IMG/VR virus record: IMGVR_UViG_3300045988_089817
Coordinates: 1 to 32,468 of that record
Origin: a virus
Length of the DNA: 32,468 nucleotides
Reading direction: 5' to 3' (one strand)
Of this stretch, positions 7,802-16,412 are shown piece by piece. The notes below the pieces were generated by a model. The model worked only from the letters and a program-made list of their open reading frames with translations, was not told the origin of the DNA and searched no databases. Both the position numbers and the translations under genes were made by a program. How positions within the stretch are numbered: position 1 is the first letter of the stretch; every line of letters begins with the position of its first letter.

Positions 7802-9292
7802 CTAATTTATAAATGGAGCATTTAATGCACAATTTAAGATATTATCTCCAATAACTGTAATTTCACTAATAGTTAAATTATTATATATGATATTTGCTGA
7901 ATTTTCTATATCAACATTTCTTGTTATGCTCTCTCCCTCTTGAATATTTCCACTTGCTTTATTTCTTTGATTATCAAACCAATTTATTGCTCTTTCACTA
8001 TTAAACGAACTTGATAATTCATAAGTGTAGAATATCTTTTCTTGGTCTGTTGTATTTATTACTTTTATTTCTTTTCTTTTTACCATATAATCTTGTGTTA
8101 AATCATCAATAGGTGCATCAAAGTGTACTATTTGCCCAATATTATAAATATCTTTATCATCAGTTACTACTTTTAAATTGACTTCTGCACTACCTTTATA
8201 TTTGATATAAGATTGTCCCACTTTATCAAGTTCATCGCTCGAAAGAACATCATTTCTATTCTCATATCTTGCTATAACTCCTTTTCTTCCTGTTTGATTT
8301 GCTACTCTTTCTACTTCATCACTATTATACACTATTTGTCTACCTTTTACAAGAGGTTGATACTTTATTTGTATCTGAGTTCCAGCAGGATAATTTTCTT
8401 CGCTTTCTATTTGATTTTTGCCTGGTGTATAATAGAAATCTGCTTCTATTCCTATTTCTTTATTTGATTTAGCGGTAAAAGTTTTAGATACACCATTAAC
8501 ATTTATGCTTCTTACATTACCTATATTAGAAGATGTTAAGAAATTAACATCATATCCATTTGCTATTAATGTTTCGGTGTAATCTATTCTTGCATAAACT
8601 TCATCAGATTGCATTATTTGTTTATTTCTATAATCTCTACTTCCATAATTAAAAGAAATATCATTTATATTATTCTCTTCAAACCAAGTAACATTATATT
8701 CAATATTTTTTCCTCTTGTCATTAATATAGGGTCATAAAAGTCAATAGCAACTTTATCTTCATCAACAAGTCTTGTAAACCATTTAGAGCCTGTTATATC
8801 TGCTAGATATTGAAATACATCATAGGCAGTCTTGTTTTGTGTTGAATAAGCACCAATTATATCATCAGCACCGAATATATTAATATTACCTAATATAAAA
8901 CCATAATCTTTAATAGCATCTATTGTCATTTCTATTGCTTCGGTTATTGTCTTATTATTTATAACAAAGTCTAAAGTCTCGCCCTCACTAAGTAAAGTCT
9001 TAAAATCTAATATTTGCAAACTACAAAAGTGAGGATATCTAGGGTTAAGACTTATGTTACCCGAATTTTTTACTACTCCGCAAAAGGCAAGTACATCATC
9101 TTTATATATTTTACATTTAGAATAATCTTTAGGATAATAAAATCTAGAAATATAATTTTTATCATTTTCCCAACTTTTTGGATAGCAATTATTAAGAATG
9201 GTTGAGGAAGTAGTAAGTATTTCTTCTGTTATAGTAAATTCTTTATTACATACTACTTCTTCATTGTTTATTAACATTTTTAATCTACTCAT
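7802..9292 (-). CDS. tail tip / baseplate hub protein (Dit/Tal-like, 496 aa)
   Basis: It lies immediately downstream of the tape-measure gene. The segment TAYDVFQYLADITGSKWF resembles tail hub proteins. The assignment is mainly positional. Confidence 0.5.
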   Translation of the reverse strand: MSRLKMLINNEEVVCNKEFTITEEILTTSSTILNNCYPKSWENDKNYISRFYYPKDYSKCKIYKDDVLAFCGVVKNSGNISLNPRYPHFCSLQILDFKTLLSEGETLDFVINNKTITEAIEMTIDAIKDYGFILGNINIFGADDIIGAYSTQNKTAYDVFQYLADITGSKWFTRLVDEDKVAIDFYDPILMTRGKNIEYNVTWFEENNINDISFNYGSRDYRNKQIMQSDEVYARIDYTETLIANGYDVNFLTSSNIGNVRSINVNGVSKTFTAKSNKEIGIEADFYYTPGKNQIESEENYPAGTQIQIKYQPLVKGRQIVYNSDEVERVANQTGRKGVIARYENRNDVLSSDELDKVGQSYIKYKGSAEVNLKVVTDDKDIYNIGQIVHFDAPIDDLTQDYMVKRKEIKVINTTDQEKIFYTYELSSSFNSERAINWFDNQRNKASGNIQEGESITRNVDIENSANIIYNNLTISEITVIGDNILNCALNAPFIN

Positions 9293-9294
9293 AT

Positions 9295-10485
9295 TTATGC
9301 TCCTCCCATTCCATAATTATAATCATTTTTAGACCCACCACTAAATGTCTTAATATTATTAACCATTTGTCCTAATGGGTCTTGCTCCATATTGTTATTT
9401 ACTACTACATTAATCTGTGGACTTAAATTAGTACTTGAACTTCCATATAAGCTAGGCGATAAACTAAACATATCATCAAACATTCCATCTACTGTTGAAT
9501 TAACTTGTCCTTTCATATCTTCCATACCTTCTTCTAAACCTACCATATTCATTTTACCTATCCATGCAAATTCTGTTGATGGACTATGTATTCCAAATAT
9601 ACTTTTAATTCCATTTAATATAGATTTTCCAAAGCCTTTAATCTTGTCTAATATCCATTTGCTAACATTTTTTATACCATTCCATATTCCCATAATCATA
9701 TTTTTACCTATATTAACTAATTTTTTAGGCAATTCCATAAAATAACCTACTAAAGAAGTTATTATTTTAGGAATATAACTTAAAAGTTTAGGGACTGCTT
9801 GTATTAATCCTTGCAATAAACCTATAAGTAATTGAAATCCTGCCTCTATAAATAAAGGCAAATTATCTATTAATATAGGTATAGTGCTAAGAATAGCATC
9901 TATGATAACTGGTATCAATGTTGGTAATTGTTGTGCTAATGCTTGAATTATCATAATTAAACCTTGAATTAAAGCCTCTAGTATAATAGGCAACATATTT
10001 GCCAATTCTTGAATTATGGTAGGCAACATACCCATTAATATTTGAATAATACCAGGCAATGCTTGAACTAACCCCATTATTAATGTTGAAGTACCTTGTA
10101 TCAATGCCGGCAAAATTGCTTGAAGTAAAGGCGCTATCATAGGTACTAAATTATTCAATAAAGTAGTTAACCCTGTTATTATTTGAGGTGCCATTTTGAT
10201 TATAGCATTTGATATATTTGTTCCAGCAGTAGTAAAGGTACTTATTACTTCTTCTATACCACCTGCACCACTTAAGAAATTACTAAATGCTGACTTAGCA
10301 CTATTTATTGAGCCACTTATAGTGGTAGAGGCTTCTTTTGCTGTTGTTCCTGTTACATCTAATTCTTCTTGAATTACATGAATAGCATTAAATACATCAT
10401 TTAAATTAGAAATATCGTATTTAACTCCTGATATCTTTTCGGCATCAGCAAGTAATCTTTCCATTTCTGTTTTTGTGCCACCATA
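9295..10485 (-). CDS. tail tape measure protein, exon 3
   Basis: It begins TATGGTGGC (YGGTKTEMERLLADAEKISG...). It has a long hydrophobic helical repeat region typical of tape-measure proteins. The GTG 'start' of the track ORF at 10488 is taken as the last three intron bases. Confidence 0.8.
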   Translation of the reverse strand, partial: YGGTKTEMERLLADAEKISGVKYDISNLNDVFNAIHVIQEELDVTGTTAKEASTTISGSINSAKSAFSNFLSGAGGIEEVISTFTTAGTNISNAIIKMAPQIITGLTTLLNNLVPMIAPLLQAILPALIQGTSTLIMGLVQALPGIIQILMGMLPTIIQELANMLPIILEALIQGLIMIIQALAQQLPTLIPVIIDAILSTIPILIDNLPLFIEAGFQLLIGLLQGLIQAVPKLLSYIPKIITSLVGYFMELPKKLVNIGKNMIMGIWNGIKNVSKWILDKIKGFGKSILNGIKSIFGIHSPSTEFAWIGKMNMVGLEEGMEDMKGQVNSTVDGMFDDMFSLSPSLYGSSSTNLSPQINVVVNNNMEQDPLGQMVNNIKTFSGGSKNDYNYGMGGA

Positions 10486-10717
10486 CACTTGTTAACATAA
10501 AAGTTTTTTATCTTTTATTTCTATATATTTATCATCTATATAGTTCAGCATATCTTTTAACTTATATAAAGTTCCGAAGCCTCGTGGAGGTATTATATCT
10601 TTTCAACCTCTATGCGTTGCCCCTGACTATACTTTGTATAGCCTTCGGTTCTGATTACCCTTTTTTTGATGGGCTTCCAGTTTAATTCTTCGGTTTATAC
10701 TCGGCTATGGTCTTTCA
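10486..10717 (-). ncRNA. group I-like intron 2 in the tape-measure gene (232 nt, no ORF)
   Basis: The 5' exon ends ACUCGGU (10724..10718). This pairs perfectly with the intron segment GCCGAGU (10705..10699), including the terminal U.G, which is a canonical P1. The intron ends in G (..CAAGUG). It also has AAAAGAUA followed by UGCUGA (J8/7-P7-like) and several hairpins (P8- and P9-like). Confidence 0.65.
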
Positions 10718-10739
10718 ACCGAGTTTTAAATTATCTAAC
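10718..10739 (-). CDS. tail tape measure protein, 22-nt micro-exon
   Basis: The minus sequence GTTAGATAATTTAAAACTCGGT supplies (M)LDNLKLG when joined to ..ACGAT and TATGGT.., restoring the motif QNYTMLDNLKLGYGGT in a single frame. Confidence 0.75.
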
Positions 10740-11053
10740 CATTTATACCCCTAGTTTCCTAGTACTTTAACACTTATTTAAAAGTGGGACTAGACTATAT
10801 CTTTATCTCATTTGAGATAGTATGCACTTCCAATATCGTATCAATAGATATTGTACTGAGTAACGAACTCATAGTCGTTTGACCTTCCTATTTCTAGGCT
10901 TGGCACTGGATAACCATATCTTTTAGACTTAGGTTTCCCCAGTTAGCAAGATTATCTCAATAAGTCATTTCCTACTTATATTTTAATCTCACACCCTTGA
11001 TAAGGTTCACATACACTTACTTAATTATCACTAATTAAGCAGACATTAATTTT
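10740..11053 (-). ncRNA. group I intron 1 in the tape-measure gene (314 nt, no ORF)
   Basis: GGUCAAACGACUAUGAG (10884..10868) and AAAGAUAUAGUCUAGUCC (10803..10786) resemble the R and S core elements, with GACUAU/AUAGUC as P7. AACUGGGGAAACC (10944..10932) and UUAUCCAGUGCC (10913..10902) resemble P/Q (P4). The upstream exon ends in U and the intron ends in G. P1 pairing is weak (only GAU/GUC), so boundaries may be off by a few nt. Confidence 0.7.
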
Positions 11054-11535
11054 ATCGTATAATTCTGCTTAGCGAAGCCTTGATAGGCATTTTGAATGCT
11101 TTCTATTGCAGTACCGAATTTGTTCGAGTTGTCTGCCATGTCTTGAATAGCCATATCGCCAACTTTGGCTGCCTCTTCTGTATCTCCACCTAGACTTTGT
11201 AATAAACTAGCACTAAATGATGTTATTTGTTCCATATATTTATTAGCATCTATTCCTGCTGTTGTATAGGCTTTTTTAGAGTTCTCTATAACTGTATCAG
11301 CACTATCTTTGAAAAGTGTCTCTACACCTCCGATATTCTGTTCTAAATCAGCCACCCCTTGTAAGGCATCTTTACCAAGCCCTAATAAAGAACTACCTAC
11401 TTTTTCAATAGCACTAGACATTAAATTACCAATAGCAATTGTACTGGCTTTCAATTTACCAGCGACACCATTAGTCTTTTTTTCTAGGTCTTTATCATCT
11501 CCTTTAAACTTGAAGATGACTTCTCCTCCATTCAT
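11054..11535 (-). CDS. tail tape measure protein, exon 1
   Basis: The ATG at 11535 has RBS AAGGAGGTGGAATAAATG. The N-terminal tape-measure core ends ..AIESIQNAYQGFAKQNYT, with the last two exon bases AT. The unspliced frame runs into a stop six codons later. Confidence 0.8.
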
Positions 11536-11552
11536 TTATTCCACCTCCTTAT

Positions 11553-11588
11553 TATAAAATAAAGGGCTGGGCTTTTAACCCAACCCTT
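11553..11588 (-). terminator. intrinsic terminator/attenuator between the major tail and tape-measure genes
   Basis: In the minus RNA, AAGGGUUGGG pairs with CCCAGCCCUU. This is 10 bp (stem arms at 11562-11571 and 11579-11588) with one G.U that would be C.A on the plus strand. It is followed by UAUUUUAUAAU. Confidence 0.55.
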
Positions 11589-11594
11589 ATAGGT

Positions 11595-12068
11595 TTATCC
11601 TGTTACAACTTCTCCTTTGCCAGTTACAACAATAGTCAATGCAAACTCGCCACTATCTTCAGCAGCACCACCTAAATCACTAAAGTTCAAAGTACAAGGT
11701 ACTTTATACTTAGTATAAGTCAATGCTCCTTCTTGAACTCCTGTTAATAATTCAAATTGTACTAATTGATTGTTGAATTGAGCAACAGTACCATCTTTGA
11801 TTAATGTATGAATATCTCCTAATATTTTAACTATAGAAGCATTATTCATATCAATTTTAACAGTGGTATCAATAGAGATGGCAGCACCAGTAATTATACT
11901 TCTTTGAATAGCATCGCACCAAACATACCAGTCTTGTTGCTCGAAATCAGTTGTCAAACCGACTTCAGTAGTTGTACACATGGCAGTAAATGCAGGTGCT
12001 GTACTAGTGCCGGTATTTAAACCTAAGTTTTTGATGACTTCTCTATTATTTACATAAAATTCATTCAT
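11595..12068 (-). CDS. major tail protein (157 aa)
   Basis: Assigned by its position directly upstream of the tape-measure gene, its size, and a Thr/Gly-rich beta-type composition. A terminator follows it. Confidence 0.6.
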   Translation of the reverse strand: MNEFYVNNREVIKNLGLNTGTSTAPAFTAMCTTTEVGLTTDFEQQDWYVWCDAIQRSIITGAAISIDTTVKIDMNNASIVKILGDIHTLIKDGTVAQFNNQLVQFELLTGVQEGALTYTKYKVPCTLNFSDLGGAAEDSGEFALTIVVTGKGEVVTG

Positions 12069-12083
12069 ATTTACACTTCCTTT

Positions 12084-12533
12084 CTATAAATCTTTTTCAT
12101 AAATCTTACTTATAATACATTGTAGGGTAGAATTATACCCAACTCTTCTAATATCCATATACTCTATTGCTTGTGGATTAACATATTGAGTAAATATAAT
12201 TTGCCACCTTTCCAATTTATTAGTTTCTTTATTTTCAACTTCTATTCTTTCCGATTTTCCTATTAGATTACCTATTAATAAAGATAATTCTTTACACTCT
12301 TTAATTGTAAGTCCATATATATCAACCATATAATAATTATACATAGGAAATATATCGCCATAGAATACTTGTTTTTGTCCGCTTTGTTCTTGCACGACTA
12401 TTACCCTACTATCATTATCATTTGTTGAATATTCGGCTTTTATTTTCCATTTATCAGTGGTATAACCGCTAACTATGTTTTGAAGATATTTAATTAAGAT
12501 TAATTGTTTCTTTTCTAATAACTCTCTTGTCAT
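12084..12533 (-). CDS. tail completion / tail terminator-like protein (149 aa)
   Basis: Positional: it is the last of four small connector ORFs before the major tail gene. Confidence 0.45.
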   Translation of the reverse strand: MTRELLEKKQLILIKYLQNIVSGYTTDKWKIKAEYSTNDNDSRVIVVQEQSGQKQVFYGDIFPMYNYYMVDIYGLTIKECKELSLLIGNLIGKSERIEVENKETNKLERWQIIFTQYVNPQAIEYMDIRRVGYNSTLQCIISKIYEKDL

Positions 12534-12889
12534 TTCAATTCATTCTCCTTTATAGCAATTCCAACAATACTCTTTTTTTGCTTAGTATATATTTCTTGAT
12601 ACCATTTGCCAAAAGTACCAGGCTCAGTCCAATTAGTATTATTAGGCATAACCCATACATATTTAGCATAGTTAGTATAAGAGCCTATATAATAATTTCC
12701 ATCGCTTCCCCTAACTCCTGCTGCCATTGAAGTCTGTCTCATATGGACTACTCCTTTTCTTCTTGACATAGGAATATGAGAAAATGTCCTATCAAGTGTC
12801 TGTCTTGCTATTGTATACATTATCTTATCAGAAGCCTCTAATACTTCCTTTTTCTTTCCTGGATACCAATTTACTTTAATATCAGCCAT
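12530..12889 (-). CDS. head-tail connector / neck protein (119 aa)
   Basis: Positional. It has an overlapping ATGA junction with its neighbours. Confidence 0.45.
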   Translation of the reverse strand: MADIKVNWYPGKKKEVLEASDKIMYTIARQTLDRTFSHIPMSRRKGVVHMRQTSMAAGVRGSDGNYYIGSYTNYAKYVWVMPNNTNWTEPGTFGKWYQEIYTKQKKSIVGIAIKENELK

Positions 12890-13209
12890 TATTTAACCAC
12901 TATAATCTTATTTTCTACTCTATTAAATATCCAACTATCTTGAACTTTTAACACTGTATGGACTTTATTATCGGCATACTTGCCTAGATAGATAATTTGG
13001 TCTCCTACTTTTACATCAACAAGTCTTCCAACTTGATAATAGCCAGTAGCCTCAGGTACTGTATAAATACCGAACTTTATAGAACTTTCGCAATCATAAG
13101 GGCAACATTTAATTGTAATTTCTTTATAATTAGTATCATCAAATATTTCATCATTTTCATCACGATTAAATTGCCTTAATGTTGCTTTCATACCATTTAC
13201 TAGAAACAT
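12889..13209 (-). CDS. head closure / head-tail joining protein (106 aa)
   Basis: I moved the start to ATG 13209, which is preceded by GGAGGCGAATAAAATG. The track's upstream extension overlaps the previous gene. The assignment is positional. Confidence 0.45.
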   Translation of the reverse strand: MFLVNGMKATLRQFNRDENDEIFDDTNYKEITIKCCPYDCESSIKFGIYTVPEATGYYQVGRLVDVKVGDQIIYLGKYADNKVHTVLKVQDSWIFNRVENKIIVVK

Positions 13210-13210
13210 T

Positions 13211-13591
13211 TTATTCGCCTCCAAATGGTATAGTAAGAGCCATATTACTAGACATTGGTGTACCTCTATATAGATATCCATTATTAGCAAGTATTCTTAG
13301 TGCTAAAGTAGAATAATCAGTCTTTAAAGGCGAACTCATTGTTCCTGCCTTTATATCTTTATCAAAATCAACAAATGGAATGTCATGCTCTAATAAAAAT
13401 CTCATTTGTTCCATAGAAGCATTTTTAATAGGCAAAGGGATACTAATTGTATCCCAACTAGCATCCCTATATCTTAAGCCTATTTGTGAGAAAATCATCT
13501 CACTTACTGCTTCTATCTGCCAAGTTGAAATATCAGCATTTGAGTATTCGGGATATTTAATACCGAATTCCTCTTTTGTGAAAAACTGCAT
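13211..13591 (-). CDS. head-tail connector (adaptor) protein candidate (126 aa)
   Basis: It is the first ORF after the major capsid gene. The assignment is positional. Confidence 0.4.
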   Translation of the reverse strand: MQFFTKEEFGIKYPEYSNADISTWQIEAVSEMIFSQIGLRYRDASWDTISIPLPIKNASMEQMRFLLEHDIPFVDFDKDIKAGTMSSPLKTDYSTLALRILANNGYLYRGTPMSSNMALTIPFGGE

Positions 13592-13608
13592 TTTCTCACT
13601 TCCTTTCT

Positions 13609-14769
13609 TTAAGCGGCTGCTATTACAATATCTCCACTAAAAGCATTAGAATAGTTACCATACTTATCTACACCATAGATAGATACGTGGTAATTACCTG
13701 CTGTCGTAGGTGTACCTGTAATCTTGCCACTTGTAGGATTTAAAGTTAATCCGGCAGGTAGTCCGCCAGCCTCGAATTTTTCAATTTCTGTACCGCTGAA
13801 ATCAGTAGTATGGTTGTATTCAACTCCTACTTGTCCTGCATCAAATGAACCTGCTGTTACGGTAGGTAGGCTTTCTACTAGTTTGATTACTGCTTCTGGT
13901 CTTACTACTTTTGCTCCGAACATTACATTTCCCTCAACAACGAAGTATCCAGGATATCCTGGGAAGTTACCATTGTATTGAGCGAATGAACTCCAGAATG
14001 TATCACCAACTGTACCAACTTCATTAGCAAAATATCCAACTACATTTGTATCTTTACCTTCTTTATCTTTTTCAATTACATTACTATTGATTTGGAATAC
14101 ACTAACACCATAAGCATCAGCAACTTGTCCCATATCAACACCTTCAACACCTGCTCTTGTTTCATATTTAAGAATTGATGTTAAACTTGAGATAAAGTAA
14201 GCATAAGCAGTTGAACTTAGTCCTAATATGTATCCATCATAGATATTTCTATCAAATAATTTAGATTTTAAATCATTAATTAATTCAATAGTTTCAGTTC
14301 CACTTGCTGGAGCCCATTTAGTACATTGACCATCTGTATAAGCCATTGAGCCATCTTGAGGTCCTGTAATATCAGCATTTAATTTATTAAAGCCATAAAC
14401 GTCGATTTGTCTAGATATTTGAGCCTCTTTTAATTCGATTTGTCCCTCAATTGCTCTTTCGATACCACTACCCATTACTATTGGGCTTACTCTAAATGAA
14501 TAATCCATAGGTAATTCAGTTAAGTCAACTTTTACTGAATTGTAAGTAGCAAGTTCGTTTGTTATTCCTCCTTGTGCAATTTCTACGTTATTACGTATGT
14601 TTAACTTAGTGTCTAATTGCTTAATAACCTCAATAATTGGAGTGCCAGTTCTTCCAACTTCAAACCATCTTCTGTCTAGCATTTTATAGAATTGAGAATT
14701 GTAAAGTAAATTAGCATAAGTTCTTTTCATTAAACCTTGTAGGTCTAAATTTACTCCTGTAAAATTCAT
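13609..14769 (-). CDS. major capsid protein with C-terminal Ig-like (He_PIG-type) domain
   Basis: It follows the scaffold gene and has an appropriate size and composition. The C-terminal segment GGLPAGLTLNPTSGKITGTPTTAGNYHVSIYGVDKYGN matches the putative-Ig (He_PIG) repeat pattern. Confidence 0.75.
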   Translation of the reverse strand: MNFTGVNLDLQGLMKRTYANLLYNSQFYKMLDRRWFEVGRTGTPIIEVIKQLDTKLNIRNNVEIAQGGITNELATYNSVKVDLTELPMDYSFRVSPIVMGSGIERAIEGQIELKEAQISRQIDVYGFNKLNADITGPQDGSMAYTDGQCTKWAPASGTETIELINDLKSKLFDRNIYDGYILGLSSTAYAYFISSLTSILKYETRAGVEGVDMGQVADAYGVSVFQINSNVIEKDKEGKDTNVVGYFANEVGTVGDTFWSSFAQYNGNFPGYPGYFVVEGNVMFGAKVVRPEAVIKLVESLPTVTAGSFDAGQVGVEYNHTTDFSGTEIEKFEAGGLPAGLTLNPTSGKITGTPTTAGNYHVSIYGVDKYGNYSNAFSGDIVIAAA

Positions 14770-14809
14770 AATTTCTTCCTCCTTTTCTTTCCTCTATATT
14801 TAACTAAAA

Positions 14810-15367
14810 TTATTTAGTTACAGGTATCATTAAATCTTTAATACTAGTACCTCTTGTTATCTTTATATCTTTACCAGTATTAGCATTATTTCCATTTACT
14901 CCACCCTCATTAGGTGCTTGTGTAAATGGTATATTATTCTTCTTTTCTGTTTCTGGGAAATATGTATTTTTAAATCTAGTTACTATTCCCTCAATTGCTT
15001 TGTCATCATCTTTTTCATCAGCATAAAGACTATTTCTTAATTTAACTACTTCATCAAAATTTTCTTCTTTAAAACCTCTCTTAACGAGTTTATTCTCTAG
15101 ACTTAATCTACCCATCTTATCATTTGCTTCACTTAAAGTCTTGACAGTATTGTTGTAGTTAGTTTCTAGATTTGCATAATCTCCTTGAAGTTTAGTATAA
15201 TCTTCTTTCTTTACATATCCTGAATAATCAGCCTTAGGAATATCACTATTCTTTGTATAGCCTTTATAAAGGTCTTTTTCCATTGCAGAAACATCTAGGT
15301 CATCATTACTTATAGTAATATCTTTATTTTTTAGATATTTAGTAATATCAAAATTCATATTTATCAT
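14810..15367 (-). CDS. scaffolding protein
   Basis: A charged coiled-coil protein of 185 aa lying between the minor head protein and the capsid gene. It is DUF4355-like in character. Confidence 0.65.
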   Translation of the reverse strand: MINMNFDITKYLKNKDITISNDDLDVSAMEKDLYKGYTKNSDIPKADYSGYVKKEDYTKLQGDYANLETNYNNTVKTLSEANDKMGRLSLENKLVKRGFKEENFDEVVKLRNSLYADEKDDDKAIEGIVTRFKNTYFPETEKKNNIPFTQAPNEGGVNGNNANTGKDIKITRGTSIKDLMIPVTK

Positions 15368-15437
15368 TCTCCTTTTTTTAGAAGTGATAAAAGTGTGTCG
15401 CGACTGCTAACCTTTTATAGACTTAATAGCAATTGGT

Positions 15438-16412
15438 CTATTTATTTAATTCTTTTATAGTAGCATTTATCTTTTTTATTTTAGCATTTGTTTTATCTAC
15501 CTCACTTCCATTTCCTAAATCTTCATATATCTTTTTATCATTCTTTAATTTAGTTCTTTTTAGTTGTAGGGCTTGTATCTTTTGCTTTTTTTCATAATCT
15601 TCTTGCCACTTATCAGAATTATAATCATTTTCTTGTATTTGGTCTTTATCCCAATATATAGTCCATTGGTGTCTACAATTAGGATGACCTACACCACCAG
15701 CAATTGCTTCTTCTTGTGGATAATATTTAATTCCATCAGAAGTATATCCACTCTTTCCCTCTTTACTATATACCTTACCTTGATAAGGCATACATAAAGG
15801 GCAAGCGAATGTATGTGCTGGTAAGTATAAAAGTTCTTTCTCCAATAAATTAGCATCGTACATCGTCCTATTCCAACCTGCATGATTAAGATTAGTATTA
15901 TAAAGCATTGAATTATAATCTGCTATGTTATGCCAACTTCTTACACTTCCATCTTTATTATGGTATGGTATGGTGGCTTGCACTTCATCATACTTAGTTA
16001 CTAGTTTAGATAAATAACTTTCTCTATCTATATAACTTTTGTTTGCTGTTTTTCTTCTGCCTTTATAATACTCATCAATGTTATATTTATATTTTTTCTC
16101 TACATTTTGGAATACTTTTTCACTTGCTAATTCATATATTTGTTTATATTCAGCATCAGGATTTATTATTTTATTTCCCTCTAAATCTCTAGCCATTATC
16201 ATATCTTCAAGTTCTTTTATTCTTTCAGCCATATATTTATGGTCTACCTTTTCCCATATTTTTGCAGTTTCTTTTTTGAACTCTGCTAGAGTTTTATTCT
16301 TATATAAGTAATCGAAGAATACTCGTTTAGTTTCATACATTAGTTTATAATATTCATTCTTTGAATAGTAAGCACTATCTTCTATAAATAAACTAAATGG
16401 GTCTTTTTTCAT
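15438..16412 (-). CDS. minor head protein, SPP1 gp7 / Mu F-like head morphogenesis protein
   Basis: The C-terminal segment CPLCMPYQGKVY...GGVGHPNCRHQW fits the Phage_Mu_F motif. It lies directly downstream of the portal gene. Confidence 0.75.
   Translation of the reverse strand: MKKDPFSLFIEDSAYYSKNEYYKLMYETKRVFFDYLYKNKTLAEFKKETAKIWEKVDHKYMAERIKELEDMIMARDLEGNKIINPDAEYKQIYELASEKVFQNVEKKYKYNIDEYYKGRRKTANKSYIDRESYLSKLVTKYDEVQATIPYHNKDGSVRSWHNIADYNSMLYNTNLNHAGWNRTMYDANLLEKELLYLPAHTFACPLCMPYQGKVYSKEGKSGYTSDGIKYYPQEEAIAGGVGHPNCRHQWTIYWDKDQIQENDYNSDKWQEDYEKKQKIQALQLKRTKLKNDKKIYEDLGNGSEVDKTNAKIKKINATIKELNK

Noticed and set aside
10473-10685. Plus-strand 70-aa ORF inside intron 2; possible intron-encoded endonuclease
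   Set aside because: It is on the wrong strand relative to the intron. It has no LAGLIDADG, GIY-YIG or HNH motif, and its sequence is hydrophobic and low-complexity.
9295-11535. Treating 11035..11535 (166 aa) and 9295..10488 (397 aa) as two independent genes
   Set aside because: The first ORF ends six codons after a conserved motif is cut in half. The missing residues MLDNLKLG are encoded in the gap, and the second ORF has only a GTG with no SD. The spliced model explains all three pieces.
15390-15401. Shared 12-mer AAAAGTGTGTCG, found on the plus strand upstream of the scaffold gene and inverted at 18186..18197 in the late leader, as a regulator binding site
   Set aside because: There are only two copies, in opposite orientations relative to transcription. 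The AT-rich context makes chance matches plausible, and there is no further support.
15689-15883. Minus-strand 64-aa ORF nested in another frame of the Mu F-like head protein gene
   Set aside because: It is fully contained in a gene with a recognisable motif. It has no SD, and its composition looks like an out-of-frame artefact.
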